From: Raja brachyura
Taxonomy: Eukaryota
Direction of reading: 5' to 3'
DNA: 55,834 bases
Assembly: GCA_963514005.1 (NCBI GenBank)
Contig: OY740808.1
Coordinates: 18,786,001 to 18,841,834 of the forward strand
This document shows, one piece after another, positions 24,891 through 37,632 of this stretch (positions are counted from its first letter, which is position 1; the number at the start of each line of letters is the position of its first letter). The notes beneath the pieces are model-generated. The model worked only from the letters and a program-made list of their open reading frames with translations. It had not been told where the DNA came from and ran no database searches. The translations under genes were made by a program, and so were the position numbers.

Positions 24891-24982
24891 TCTGAAGAAG
24901 GGTCTCGAACCGAAACGTCGCCTATTCCTTTTCTCCAGAGATGCTGCCTGCCCCGCCGAGTCGCTCCAGCATTCTGTGTCGG
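24891..24982 (+). mobile_element. Penelope-derived arm with hammerhead core
   Basis: CTGAAGA-A-GGGTCTCGAACC-GAAA-CGTC-gcctattcc. Confidence 0.72.
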
Positions 24983-26824
24983 TCATTGGATACTTCGCAA
25001 CGTTTGCGAGCCTTGCGGTGGTTTATTGAAGTGTTGAGTTCAGTTCTGGTCGCACGTGACAGCAAATTATCGAGTAATCCGTCATGATCCTTCAACCCCC
25101 ATCTCTTCCCCATTGGCACAAATGTATTGATTGTTCGAGTAAAATTCCCAATGCTCGTCTGCACATTTTTTATTCATCTCGGCTGACTTTCCATCAGCTG
25201 TAAACCCGACTTCCCCTCTCTTCCCCTCCTGACCTCAGCAATCTTTGTCACGCCCATCCATGAGGTCCGCACTCTCACACAGGGCTCGTGATCAGCACCT
25301 CCTCCCTCCATTAACCATGCTTGGTGACTCTCGCTCTCCCTCTGTGATTTAGTCCAGACACCTCCTTTCCATCCTTCATCCCTCCTACATTCCTCTTGTT
25401 TGTGTTCCAATAAAACTTCTTGCTGGGGCTCCAGACCTGACACTGAACCTATCTGTGGACCCCCCCCCCCCCCCCCCCCCACCACCACCACACTGTGAGG
25501 AATGTATGTTATTCTGAACTCATGCACCAACTCTTCAGGGCAACTAATGCTGAAGTCACTTTGGAAGCTTCATGGTTGGTATTTTGATTTCAGTACCTGC
25601 CACGGTTTTGAGGCAGTCATTGTCACAGCTGAGACACTGCCCAGGCGCTAGTCCTGGTGTTTATTATTGCCACAGGCACCGAGGTACAACAAACTCACAG
25701 CCCTTGAGCCCTTGAACAAAGAGGGACCCGACGAGGGGGGGGCTCTGAGAATAAAGAGGGACCTGGCATGAGGACGGGTGGGGGGGGGGGGGGGGGGGGG
25801 CGCTGAGGACAAAGGGGGTCCTGGTGTAGGAGGGCCACTAGGAACAAAGATGGACCATTGAGGACTATAATGAATACTTTGTAACTTTGTCACGTCACAT
25901 GTGATAACAAAGTATCAATCAATCAATGCCTGCCCTTCCGGGCTGGGATCCAAACAGGGAGTTAGAAGGTGAATGGACGTAGGGTGTAATCCACCGCAGA
26001 GCCCACTGTCATCAGGGAAAGACCCTCATCCGCTCTACCCGGCCTGGGGTCCCACGCAAAGAACAACTTGGTGCCCAGGTCTGAAAGAAACAATGCACTG
26101 CTCTTCATCTGCCATGGATCACTGTGCGAGAATTTGGACAGGGTTGATCAGGTAATGTTAGAATTGTGGCTCATTTAAATGATTCTCTGGTTAATAATCT
26201 GAACTGGAAGGATAGCGGAACAGAATGGGTGTTGAATGATTGGCGTGGACTGTTTCCACCCTGTATCTTTCAGCTTCAACTTTAGCTACAGTCGCTGGGA
26301 CTCCACTGTACCAAGGACCCATTCTCTTTTGGTCAGCAAGAGTGTCCATTCAAATATCAGGGTTAGGTGGGACCCACCACAATCGGCAGGTTGCGGATAT
26401 CACAGCGTGAGCTGTTCACGTCTTGCTGAGCGCTTTGACAAATCCTGCTCTTGGAGTTTTGTGTTGGCCTCTGTCCCTCGCACAATGCTGCTTTAATCGC
26501 TGTTAACTGATGGCAGCAGTTCCCACGGCTTTAGTCAGTGTTCAGTCTTTGCTCAGTGCAGCAGGACTTGGTTTTGGAACCAGGAAGAAAATGAAAGGTC
26601 TGGACCATGTACAGCCGGTGTGTCTGCCACCTGCCCGTACTTGTACCTGATGCATTCATATGTCTAATGCCACACAAGACAATGAGTAAAATCTACTCTA
26701 TGCCTGATCTCCTGCATCTCTCTGTGTTTGCCGCAGGCGGCAGGTGACCCCCCCGTGTACCTGTTGCTGGGTGAGTTTCAAAAATGACCGCTCTTCATCT
26801 GACTCAACAAGTGAACGTGCTTCT

Positions 26825-27050
26825 CATTTATTTTGTTTCAAAAATAATTTATTTGATTACGAACACGATACAAAAACCAAAAAAACTCAAAACCCTGGTG
26901 ACCAAAATAACAAATTATCCAGACACTAAATTCCAAACAACTATGTTACAAATATACTAAATAACTACCATACAACGATGTCCCTCTGTAACAGCACTCG
27001 GGCGTGGACGTAACCCCGGTAAAGGGGCAAGCGGTTAGTGAAGGCACGTG
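26825..27050 (-). mobile_element. Tx1/L1-clade LINE 3' fragment
   Basis: Minus strand RLPLYRGYVHARVLLQRD, then a T-rich UTR with aataaa and an A-rich end. Confidence 0.6.
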
Positions 27051-27354
27051 TGGCATGCCAGCATCAGCTGAGCTGAGACGGGGACAATCCGGCATGTATT
27101 TGCGACAGTAAGCATGTTGGGCTATCTGGTAATTGTTATGCTTACGTCATGAGTCAAATGTCACGAGTGCTTAATTGCCATATGTACCGACAACGGAACA
27201 ATGACGTACCTACTTGCTGCAGCTCAACGAGCCCGTAAACGTGATGACACACAGATCAGGTCAAGAGAGTTTATTGTCACATGTCCCAGATAGGACAATG
27301 GAATTCTTGCTTGCTGCAGCACAACAGAATATTGTAAGCATAAATGCAGAACAG

Positions 27355-28378
27355 TAGCAATGTTACAAAATTTTGAGATTTTAAAAATCAAGTCTGCAAT
27401 TTATCCCATCAGATAAAGCATAAAAGGAAGTTTAATTTGACACCTAATTCACTTTCATATCTTCAGTATTAAGAAAGTTATGACCATTTACATACTCGGA
27501 AATTTGCATCTTGTTCCCCATTGCCTTTCAATTGACTCAACTCAAAAGCTGTGATCTAGAACCGTTAAAAGCCCATAACTTTCTCAAAAATTAAGAGAAC
27601 TCAATGAAATTTTCAGTTATTATAGATTGAAGCATTCTGAAACAAATATGAAACAATCTTACTTGGATGACCTGAAATTAAAGCATATAATTAGTTAGTT
27701 ATCTAATTGTAGCTAATTACAAAATTCAATGAGTAGATCTAAACATCTATCCATTTCTTAAGAAAAGATAAACTTTTTTAAAATTGCCTAAGTGTCCAAA
27801 TAACATTCACACAATAATCCACAATATAACATAATTTTTTAATCTCATTTTCATGAATTTCTGGGCCAAATGGAAGGGATTTAGTGTTTAATGCCTGTAA
27901 ATAAATGGCCATTTAAATCAACTAGCGAGTGGGTTTTAGTGGAATGCGGTGGATTGGAACGTTGCGGTTTGCGGTGAAGTCGGGAGGAAAAATACTGTTG
28001 GTTCATACATTTTTTTTGGACCCCATTTCGCAACATGAAAATATGATTAAAGCCTCCATAAAAAACAACTTTTAATATAAAAATAAACTGTGTACCTTTT
28101 TTTCTCCCCTACGCAAAATCCTTCCCGTTGTCGGTGCTCATGGCTTTTGAAGGTGATTTTTAAATTACTCTAGTTAATAAATAATCTAGCGTAATTTAAA
28201 AATACCTTCATGAATGAAATGGCGGAGCGATTTTTCTTCCGCAACGAAATCGCCCGACATGGATCGATTTTCCCAGTCGGCACTTTAAGCCCGCCCCCCT
28301 CTGAAAGGCGCCAAAGTCACGCACACAGGGAGCAGCAGAACTGCAGCGCTGCTCAAGGTACGTTTTGTAACATACCTA
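27355..28378. mobile_element. Non-autonomous DNA transposon, 1024 bp, 16-bp imperfect TIRs, 7-bp TSD (hAT/hATw-like)
   Basis: 5' end TAGCAATGTTACAAAA; reverse complement of the 3' end TAGGTATGTTACAAAA. AGAACAG at 27348-27354 and 28379-28385. It interrupts a Rex1-type tail. Confidence 0.82.
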
Positions 28379-28385
28379 AGAACAG

Positions 28386-28920
28386 TTCAGTGTGTCTATA
28401 TAGCATAGACCACATATACACACACATATAAACAGGTAAAGTGCAATAGGCTGTTATAGTTCACAGTTTGTTTGATGGCGAGTTTAATAGCCTAATGGCT
28501 GTGGGGAAGAAGCTGTTCATGAACCTTGATGTACCAGATTTCAGGTTCCTGATGGCAGCGGGGAGATGAGTGTGTGGCCAGGATGGTGTGGGTCCTTGAT
28601 GATGCCGGCAGCAATACACAATAATCAGTAATGTAATAAATGAATAATCAGCAATACTAGACAATCATACCCGGCAAAACTAAAGTCCATAGTGCAACAG
28701 AAGACACAGTCCGTAGAACATCTCAGTTGCTGAGGTAGTGGTTGGTGTTGTGCGTTGTTCTAGAGCCTGATGATTGTTGGGAAGAAGTTGTTCCTGAACC
28801 TGGAGGTCATGGTTTTCAGGCTCCTGTACCTTCTTCCCGATGGTAGTAGCGAGATTAGGGTGGCGTGGGTCTATGACGTTGGCTGCCGTTGTGACTCGGC
28901 GCCTCCTGTTGATCATGCTG
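28386..28920 (-). mobile_element. Rex1/Babar-type fragments (host sequence continues at about 27255-27354)
   Basis: Minus-strand LKSGTSRFMNSFFPTAIRLLN peptide. Confidence 0.7.
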
Positions 28921-29064
28921 AGCGCAGTTTACTGGCATTGACGGCACTTTGAATTAACTATATTGTGACGCCGTGAAATGGAAGTGAAAGTCACTATATA
29001 AATGCAAGACTGACAACAGATGATCATGTAAGTGTGGGGCCCACAATGGCCCGAGACTAGTTCT

Positions 29065-29247
29065 TACTAGTTCCACTGTTCGCATCCTTGTATCCCTTCG
29101 TTATCACCACTTCCCCTGCCAACAATGAACCATTATGGCCTCCACCCTTCCTTTGCCATCTGTTGTGGTCCTGCTTTGTTCTGATCTTCTCTAACCTCCA
29201 GTTCCCTCCCCTCCACTTTCAGTCTGAGGAAGGGTCCCGACCTGAAT
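29065..29247 (+). mobile_element. Penelope-like 3' UTR fragment
   Basis: Homologous to 4680-4850; ends in cagtctgaggaagggtcccgacctgaa. Confidence 0.65.
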
Positions 29248-29502
29248 TCCACAGGTTCACCACCCTCTGACTGAATGCATTTCTCCTCATCTCCTTCCTA
29301 AAAGAACGTCCTTTAATTCTGAGGCTATGACTAGTCGAAATGTCCTCTTCACATCCACCCTATCCAAGCCCTTCACTTTCATTGTACTTATGCAAGGTAT
29401 TATCTGATCTGTTTGGACACCATGCAAAGCAAAGCTTTTCAATGTACCTCGGTACACGTGGCAATAATAAACCCAAACCTAACCATTACCCTGGGAGCTC
29501 TT

Positions 29503-29545
29503 GCTTCATTTGTGAGCTTCATTTGTGAGCTTCATTTGTGAGCTT
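29503..29545. repeat. 13-bp tandem repeat, about 3 copies
   Basis: (gcttcatttgtga)3. Confidence 0.85.
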
Positions 29546-29549
29546 GCAC

Positions 29550-29920
29550 TCATCCTTTTTCTCCTGAGGTGCTGCCTAACCCGCTGAGTTACTCCAGCAC
29601 TTTGTGTCCATCTTCAGTATACACCAGCATCTGCAGTTCCTACCTACATGTACTGCAAATGCAAGAGTTTCTCTTCCGAGGCAGGACAGGCAGCATCCCT
29701 GGATCGAAGGAATGAGTAACGGTTTGGGGTCGAGACACTTCTTCAGAATGGGACGGTTCATTTTTTTGTCCGGATGAAGGTTCAGGTGACATTCCCCCTT
29801 GAACTTGGTCAGAGATCTTGACGTTGAGGAGAAGGGTCTCGACCCAAAACGTCACCCATTCCTTCTCTCCGGAGCAGCCTTGTCCCCCTGAGTTACTCCA
29901 GCTTTTTGTGTCTATCTGAG
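29550..29920. mobile_element. Cluster of Penelope-derived arms in both orientations
   Basis: Shared arm motifs at about 29550-29650, 29683-29747 and 29828-29917. Confidence 0.7.
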
Positions 29921-30351
29921 ATCTTGACGTGGTTGGCTTCAGAGCCCACTGCCTGCCCACAGCGTTCAGTGCGTCTGCCTGCAACTCTGCCGAGCACAGT
30001 CTTTTGTGTGTGAGAAACCATTGTTCAAACAGCGTGCTGTGTTTATTGCCGAGGGAGGAAGCTTGGTGACAGGATAAAGGGTTGGGGGTGGGCAGCAGAA
30101 CTGAGAGCTCTGACCCAGTGAATGGTGAGCCACAGTTAAATAATGATCAACCTACTGATCACTTGAATTGCTAGAGAAATACCAGCCGGGCGATTTTAGC
30201 CAACGCTTTGCTGTTACATTTAGGCAGCGACCCTCTATGTTTGTCGCATTTGTCTTGCATTTGGTTACGGTCCATGTCAAGCGAGTCAAGAGTCCAGAGT
30301 GTTTCATTGTCATGTGTACTGGTGGCACAGCAATGAAATTCTTACTTGCGA

Positions 30352-30560
30352 AGGTAGACAAAATGCTGGAGTAACTGAGCGGGACAGGCAGCATCTCTGG
30401 GTAGAAGGAATGGGGGATGTTTTGGGTCGAGACCCTTCTTCAGACTGATGTTAGGGTAGAGGGAGATACATAGATAAGGAAGTGTAAGATGTGAAAATAG
30501 GGCAAAGGGAATGGAGATCAATGAAAATGTAGACTAGATCATTGTTTGCTGGGAGAAGAG
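30352..30560 (-). mobile_element. Penelope-like 3' UTR/terminal repeat inserted in a Rex1-type tail
   Basis: Reverse complement of the 20150-20342 type. The host ttcttacttgc...tgctgctttacaggccc resumes afterwards. Confidence 0.72.
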
Positions 30561-30880
30561 GTATAACTGATCATCGGACTTGCTGCTGCTTTACAGGCCC
30601 ATGAACACAATAACACACAGGTAAATGTACAATAATTATTTATACAATAAATTTATAATCGGTAATACTAGCTGACCAGACCATAACAGTGCTAAACTGA
30701 AGTCCACGATGCAACCAAAACACAGTGCATCGTAGATCAGAGTTGCTGAAGCAGTGATTAGTACTTTTGTGCCCTATTCATGAGCCTAATGGTTGCTGGG
30801 GAGAGGGTGTTCTTCAACCTGGAGGTCACAGTTTTCAGGCTCCTGTGTCTTCTTCCTGATGGTAGTAGCGAGATGAGCTA

Positions 30881-31178
30881 GGGAGCGGCACGGTGGTGCA
30901 GCGGTAGAGCTACTGCCTAACAGCGCCAGGGGCCCGGGTTCGAACCTGACTACGGGAACCTGCTTGTCTGTAGGGAGTTTGTACGCTCTCCCTATGACCT
31001 GCGTGGGTTTTCTCTGAGATCTTCTCTTTCTTACCACACTCCAAAGACGTACAGATTTGGAGTTTGACTGTCTTGGTACAAATGCAAAATTGTCCCTCGA
31101 GTGTTTAATGTGCGGGGATCGGTGGCCAGTGTGGACTCAGTGGGCTGAAAAGCCAGTTTCCGCGCTGTAACTAAGCTA
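30881..31178 (+). mobile_element. HE1-type SINE nested in a Rex1/Babar fragment (about 30570-31240)
   Basis: Full SINE; Rex1-type coding remnants continue on both sides. Confidence 0.85.
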
Positions 31179-31467
31179 CTATAAGGGTGGTGTGGGTCTA
31201 CGATGCTGGCTGCCTTGGTGAGTCAGCACCTCCTGTCGATCCCAGTGGCAACTTGTTGTGCACGGTTTACTGTGCTGTGATACTGCCCCTATCTCCTCAT
31301 GCATGTCCCTGACTCCCCAACTGAAACTCTTGAACTCTTGTCCTCATTGATTTGACCTGTCCACCATTGGTGTCCCTGCCTTCAGCTGCCAGGTGTTCAA
31401 ATTCCTCTTGTGTGTGACCCTCTGCACCTTTCTTCCAAGTCTGTTTGTAAGAGATCTGTGACATATT

Positions 31468-31780
31468 CTTGATTAGCACAGGTGTCAGGGGTTATGGGGA
31501 GAAGGCAGGAGAATGGGGTTGAGAGGGAAAGATAGATCAGCCATGATTGACTGGCGGAGTAGACTCTATGGGCCGAATGGCCTAATTCTGCTCCTATGAC
31601 TTATGATAGACACAAACTGCTGGAGTAACTCAGCAGGACAGGCAGCATCTCTGGATAGAAGGAATGGTTGACGTTTCAGGTCGAGACCCATCTTCAAACC
31701 CAATACATCACCCATTCCTTCTATCCAGAGATGCTGCCTGTCCCACTGACCTCCTCCAGCATTTTGTGTCTATCTTCAGT
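31468..31780. mobile_element. CR1 tail (+, 31468-31606) abutting a palindromic Penelope-derived element (31606-31780)
   Basis: Shared motifs as above. Confidence 0.78.
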
Positions 31781-32359
31781 TTATCCCCCCCGCCACAGGT
31801 ACCATGTAATCCCGTGCTACCTGCTCCATGGTCGGATAGTCGGCGACTAAACCGTCTCCCCCACCTGGTTTGCCAGGTGAGGAGGGGGCTGTGGACCCCC
31901 AGCAGGACCAAAAACAAGATCAGTCAAAGGGAGGATGAGCTTCTCGCGAACTGACGACCACCCACACTTCAGTAGATGTTGCGATCACTGCGTACATAAG
32001 CATTGTAAGGAATGATGATAAAGCACACACACCAAAATCCTATACTTCCAGCGGCGGAAGTCCGCAGGAACTGGAGGACTGCGATGTGTGGGGCGTCCGC
32101 CACCGTTCCCGTCGGAAACCAGCACCACTGCGTCGCTAATGATTTCAAGGAAGATAATAATAAAATAATAATTTGGTGTAAACCAGCATCTGTAGTCCCT
32201 TCCTACCTATAACTTATGAAGAGCTATCTCATTGACGTTCTCTTTCCTGAATATTTCCTGCCGGGGTCTGGGTGTAAAACGTTGTGAGATAACACTGCTG
32301 TCATATGCCTCGCTATGTCTAAATATATGTCTATATATATATATATAATATAAATATAT

Positions 32360-33400
32360 AAATATGCAGCTGCTTTATAATAGGGGGATAAAACCTTTCC
32401 TGGCCTGCCCTGCCCTGCCCTGCCCTGCCTACAGGTTATGGCAGGTTAATGATGCAGTTGCTCCTCGCCTGGCCCCTGAAGCCACAGATTGGAGTTGGAT
32501 TGTGCTGTGTGTGAATATCTGGGATCCTACAGCGGGCCGGGCAAACCATGACCCAGGTGCCAGGGTCATGCAGAAACAGCGGGAGAGCCGACCCAATAGC
32601 CCTTTCAGCGGCTAAAGATTTGGGGGATTAAAATCCTGAAAAAAAAAGCGACTTCTCAGCTGTTTGTTAATGAGTCTCCAGCCAGCCAGCAAACAAATCT
32701 AATCAATAGTTTATTAAAAAAACGCACGCACGCACCCTCGGCATAAGGCTGCCACCCCCCCCCCCCCCCCCCCCACGCCAGGGGCACTGAGTGTCGAGGC
32801 CAAATACCACACAGACAAAAGGCTTTCCCCTCTCAACGTTTGTGCAGTCTCCACTTTCTCACATATCCCAGCCATTGAATGAAGTGTACTTAGGCCGGGA
32901 CTCCAATTTCAGGCTGGGCTCAGGCATGGAAACCTGAATCCAGACAGTTGTTCCACGAGTCCTTTGTCGTGCCACTAAATTTTTTTGTTCTGTTTGAATA
33001 GAGTGGTATTGAAAAGTCATTAAGTAATGATAATTGGCCTAATCAGCAGGTCTTAGAGCAGGGTCTGAGGTGGGGAGGTGGGACATGTTTGTTCCTGATG
33101 GGGACGGGAGCGGAGGGTCCCATCCCCCCCAGACACTGTTTACTGTGTGCGCCCTTTCTCGGCGGTGGAAAGAAGTCTTCTTCCTCTCGTGGTCAGGGTA
33201 GGGAACGATGGCCTCTGTCACAGCAGCACAATAAACCCATCGAGTCCGCGGCCTCTCGTCAGGGATGAAATACAGCTTGCGATGAGACAAGTGGCTGTTG
33301 CTTTGATAATTAAAGGCATTTTATCTTAATTTGACCTGTTAGAAACTGTCCTTGCCGTGATTTATGATTGCACCGATTAGAATGGAAAACGACTGCAGTA
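32360..33400. promoter_or_regulatory. Candidate conserved non-coding enhancer cluster
   Basis: Free of mobile elements, dense in TAAT/ATTA, with a PBX-HOX-type TGATTTATGA at 33358. Conservation is inferred, not tested. Confidence 0.45.
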
Positions 33401-33484
33401 AAACAGGGCCTCAGCATCTATTCCAAACACCCCTGTGGGCCCATTACACAGTCAACAGTGTGCGCCTGTACTCCAGTCAGCTGT

Positions 33485-33920
33485 AGGTTTATTGATGGCA
33501 CGTACTCCGAGGTACAGTGAAAAGCATTGTTTTGCATGCCATCCAATAGATTTGTTTTGCATGCCATCAGATAATATTATACGTAAAAACAATCAAGCCA
33601 GGCTTAAGTACAATAGGTAGAGCAAAGGGGTAGCCACAGAGTTCTCAGCATTGTAGCGCACCAGTTCCAGAGACAAAGTTCAATGTCTGCAATAGGGTCG
33701 AGGTGAATCGGACCCTAGCTTATGGAAAGACCATTCAGAAGTTTGATATAAAACGGGTAAAAACTGTTCCTGAATCTGGCAGTGTGCACTTTAACGCTTC
33801 TGTATCTTCTGCCGGTTGGGAGCAGGGAGAAGAAGGGATGATCGGGGTGGGACAGGTGTTCGATTATGTCGGCTGATTTTCTGAGGCACAGTGAAATGTA
33901 GATGGAGTGAATGGAGTTCT
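33485..33920 (-). mobile_element. Rex1/Babar-type 3' end
   Basis: Homologous to 10987-11345. Confidence 0.7.
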
Positions 33921-34239
33921 TGTCTATTTGTTCCTTGTGGGAGACTGTGTGCGTTTGTTAGAAACAGTGAATTAATCTCAATCAAATCACCGTGGATTAT
34001 AAAATAATGGTGCGGCAGACAAACATGAACAAGTATATAGAGTCATGCAGATACGATATGAAAATAAGCTCTTTGGCCACCTTTCATGCAGACCATCATG
34101 CACCCATTGTAAGGTAATCCTTCCTTAACTAATGTAGAACGCAAGGTGCTGGAGTAATTCAACAGGTCTGACAGCACCTTTGGTGGACATCTTCTGTTCT
34201 GCGCAAGATTCCAGCATCTGCATTTCTGGTAGTTGAGGC

Positions 34240-34405
34240 AGGTACTATCACAACTTTTACGAAACATTTAGACAGGAGCATGGATAGGATAGGGTTTGAA
34301 CGATATGGGCCAAACGCGGGCAGGTGGGACTATTGATGGGGCATGTTGGTCGGCGTGGGGAAATTGGGCTGAAGGGCCTGTTTCCGCGCTGTATGACTCT
34401 GTGAG
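34240..34405 (+). mobile_element. CR1/HER1 3' tail
   Basis: catttagacagg...ggctgaagggcctgtttccgcgctgtatgactct. Confidence 0.8.
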
Positions 34406-34770
34406 TCTCTCAGTGCTATTTGTGCAATGAGGAGTGTATCAGTCTGTATTATACATTGTTGAATGTTGCCAGATATTTCTTATGTCAATTGAGCGAATGT
34501 ACAAACTAAGACAATTTATTTAGTTTCAGACAGTGGATTCGATGTTCTAATTTTATTTGATAATCATTCCGATTAAGTACCTTTTTTAAATGTTATTACA
34601 TCAGTGATGCGAAGAAAATGCAGATTTACTGAGATATCAGGGTTTTCATGGGCTGTGGTTGTGATTTGCAGCGGATCCAAATGCAAGCTTGGAGTTTGGG
34701 GCCAAAGTGGATTGGTATATATAAAGAAGTGGTGAAAACTTAATATTTTGATACCGTTTTTAGAAACGTC

Positions 34771-36470
34771 GAAACATAGAAAAATAGGTGCAGGAGTAGG
34801 CCATTCGGCCATTCGAGCCAGCACCGCTATTCAATATGATCATGGCTGATCATCTAAAATCAGTACCCCGTTCCTGCTTTTTCCCCATATCCCTTGATTC
34901 CTTTAGCCCAAAGAGCTAAATCTAACTCTCTCTTGAAAACATCCAGTGAATTGGCCTCCACTGCCTTCTGTGGCAGAGAATTCCACAGATTCACAACTAT
35001 CCGGGTGAAGAGGTTTTTCCTCATCTCAGTCCTAAATGGCCTACCCCTTATTCCTAAACTGTGACCCCTGGTTCTGGGCTCCCCAAACATCGGAAACATT
35101 TTTCCTGCATCTCGCCTGTCCTAAGAATTTTATGTTTCTATAAGATCTCCTCTCATCCTTCTAAATTCCAGTCGACCCATTCTTTCATCATATGTCAGTC
35201 CGCCATCCCGGGAATTAACCTGGTGAACCTACGCTGCACTCCCTCAATAGCAATAATGTCCTTCCTCAAAGTAGGAGATCAAAATTGCACACAATACGCC
35301 AGGTGCGGTCTACCAGGGCCCTGTACAACTGCAGTAGGACCTCATTGCTCCTAAACTCAAATCCTCTCGCAATGAAGGCCAACATGTCATTTACTTTCTT
35401 CACTGCCTGCTGCACCTGCATGCTTACTTTCAGTGACTGAAGTACAAGCACACCCAGATCTCGTTGCATCTACCCTTTTCATAATCTGACTCTATTCAGA
35501 TAATAATCTGCCTTCCTGTTCTTGCCACCAAAGTAGATAACCTCAATTTATCCACATTATACTGCATCAGCTATGTATCTGCCCACTCACCCAACCTCTC
35601 CAAGTCACTGTGCAGCCTCATAACATCCTCATCGCAGCTCACACTGCCACCCAGCTTTGTGTCATCCGCAAACTTGGAGATGTAACATTTAATTCCCTTA
35701 TTAAAATTGTTAATATATTGTAAATATTTGGGGTCCTAGCACCGAGCCTTGTGGCACCGCACTAGCCACTGCCTGTCATTCTGAAAAGGACCTGTTAATT
35801 CCTACTCTTTGATTCCTGTCTGCCAACCAGTTCTCTATCCATGTCAATACCCTACCCCCAATACTATGTGCTCTAATTTTACACACTAATCTCTTGTGTG
35901 GGACCTTATCAAAGGCTTATTGAAAGTCCACATCCACTGGCTCTCCCTTATCCATTCTACTTGTTTCATCCTCAAAAACTTCCAGAAGATTAGTCAAGCA
36001 TGATTTCCCCTTCATAAATCTATGCTGACTTTGACTGATGCTGTCTCTGCTTTCCAAATGCGCTGCTATAACATATTTCACAATCGACTCGAGCATCTTC
36101 CCCACTACTGATGTCAGGCTAACTGGTCTATAATTCCCTGTTTTCTCACTCCCTCCTTACTTAAAAAGTGGAGTTACATTGACTATCCTCCAGTCCACAG
36201 GAATTGATCCAGAGTCGAGAGAACATTGGCAAATGATCACCAATGCATCCACAATTTCTAGAGCCACCTTCTTGAGTGCTCTTGGATGCAGGCCATCAGG
36301 ACCTGGGGATTTATCTGCCTTCAGTCCCAACAGTGTACCTAACACAATTTCCTGACGAATGTGGATTCCCTTCAGTTCCTCCCTCCCACTAGATCCTCGG
36401 TCCCCTAGTATTTCTGGGAGATTTTTTTGCATCCTCCTTAGTAAAGACAGAACCAAAGTACTCATTTCTG
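34771..36470 (-). mobile_element. 5'-truncated CR1 LINE of about 1.7 kb with a disrupted reverse transcriptase
   Basis: KSPGPDGLHPRALK...DWRIVNVTPLFK, SQHRFMKGKSCLTNLL, KFADDTKL (about 35653-35676), QRDLGVLV and FTRIVVNLWNSLP, broken by stops and deletions. Confidence 0.95.
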
Positions 36471-36779
36471 TTTTCATCCCATTAAAGTGTAAGACTCTGC
36501 AAGACTACATAATTGGATTATGTAATCTTGTGGAAACAATCCAAACTTGGATTGTTTTCTCTGGAGCTTTGGAGGGTGTGGGTGACTAACGATCTCCAAC
36601 TCACCACAGAGTTTTTGTTTCAATCTCCTCTTGACATTCCATGTAATCTGTGCGGTAACAATACAAAATATCCTGCTGGTGTCTTTATCGGAGCTACTCT
36701 CTTACTAACACTCTTACTAACATTCTTTACTTACATTCCTTGTCAATCGCAAAGTGTCTCTGTAAAAAGGATACGTACA

Positions 36780-36970
36780 TAGGAACAAAATGCTGGAGTA
36801 ACTCAGCGGGACGGGCAGCATCTCTGGAGAGAAGTACTGGGTGACATTTTGGGTCGACCCAAAATGTCACCCGTTCCTTCTCTCCTGGGATGCTGCCCGT
36901 CACGCTGAGTTACTCCAGCAGTTTGTGTCTATCCTCGGTGTAAACCAGCTTCTGCAGTTCCTTCCTACAT
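36780..36970. mobile_element. Near-perfect palindromic Penelope-derived element
   Basis: Centre gggtgacattttgggtcgacccaaaatgtcaccc with inverted arms on each side. Confidence 0.8.
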
Positions 36971-37107
36971 ATTGCAAACGTAAGTTAATTGGATGTCAGA
37001 CGATCTCTTTGTGCCATGCTCAAGAAACGATGCAATCATCGCTGTCGCATCAGTTAATTATTCTGCACCGTGGCAGCAAAATGCCTTAAAGTGCAATCAT
37101 ATAATAT

Positions 37108-37255
37108 AGGTTTGGGTTTATTATTGTCACGTGTAGCGAGGCACAGTGAAAAGCTAGCCAAACTGATCAGATAATACTATACATAAATAGAGGAAAGGGG
37201 AGGATACTGAGTACAGAATATAGTTCTCAGCATCGTAGCTTATCAGTTCCATAGA
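37108..37255 (-). mobile_element. Rex1/Babar-type tail
   Basis: tttattattgtcacgtgtagcgaggcacagtgaaaagc. Confidence 0.65.
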
Positions 37256-37320
37256 CATCCTAGACAAGATGTAGAAACAAGGAACTGCAGATGCTGGGTT
37301 ACAAAAAAATACACAATGTC

Positions 37321-37632
37321 AGTGGCACGGTGGTAAAGTTGCTGCCTTACTACAGGGCTAGAGGTTCAGGCTCAATTCTGACTACGGGTGCTATCAGTAC
37401 AGAGTTTGCACTTTCTCCGTGTGACCGCGAGGGTTACCCCCAGATGCTCTGGCTTGCTACGAGTGTTCCACTTTTCTCCTACATCCCAAAGATGTACAGG
37501 TTTGTAGGTTAATTGGCTTCTGTAAATTGTACATTGTCCCTAGCGTGTACGATAGTGCCAGTGTGCAGGGTCAGATCGCTGGTCTGTGCGGACTCGGTGG
37601 GCTGAAGTGCCTGTTTCTCTAAAGTCTAAACT
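37321..37632 (+). mobile_element. HE1-type SINE
   Basis: Head, V domain and tail. Confidence 0.85.

Noticed and set aside
34771-36470. Active reverse transcriptase gene
   Set aside because: 5'-truncated, with stops, frameshifts and internal deletions.
36780-36970. Pre-miRNA-like long hairpins
   Set aside because: They are inverted arms of a high-copy repeat, and no known mature miRNA was recognised.
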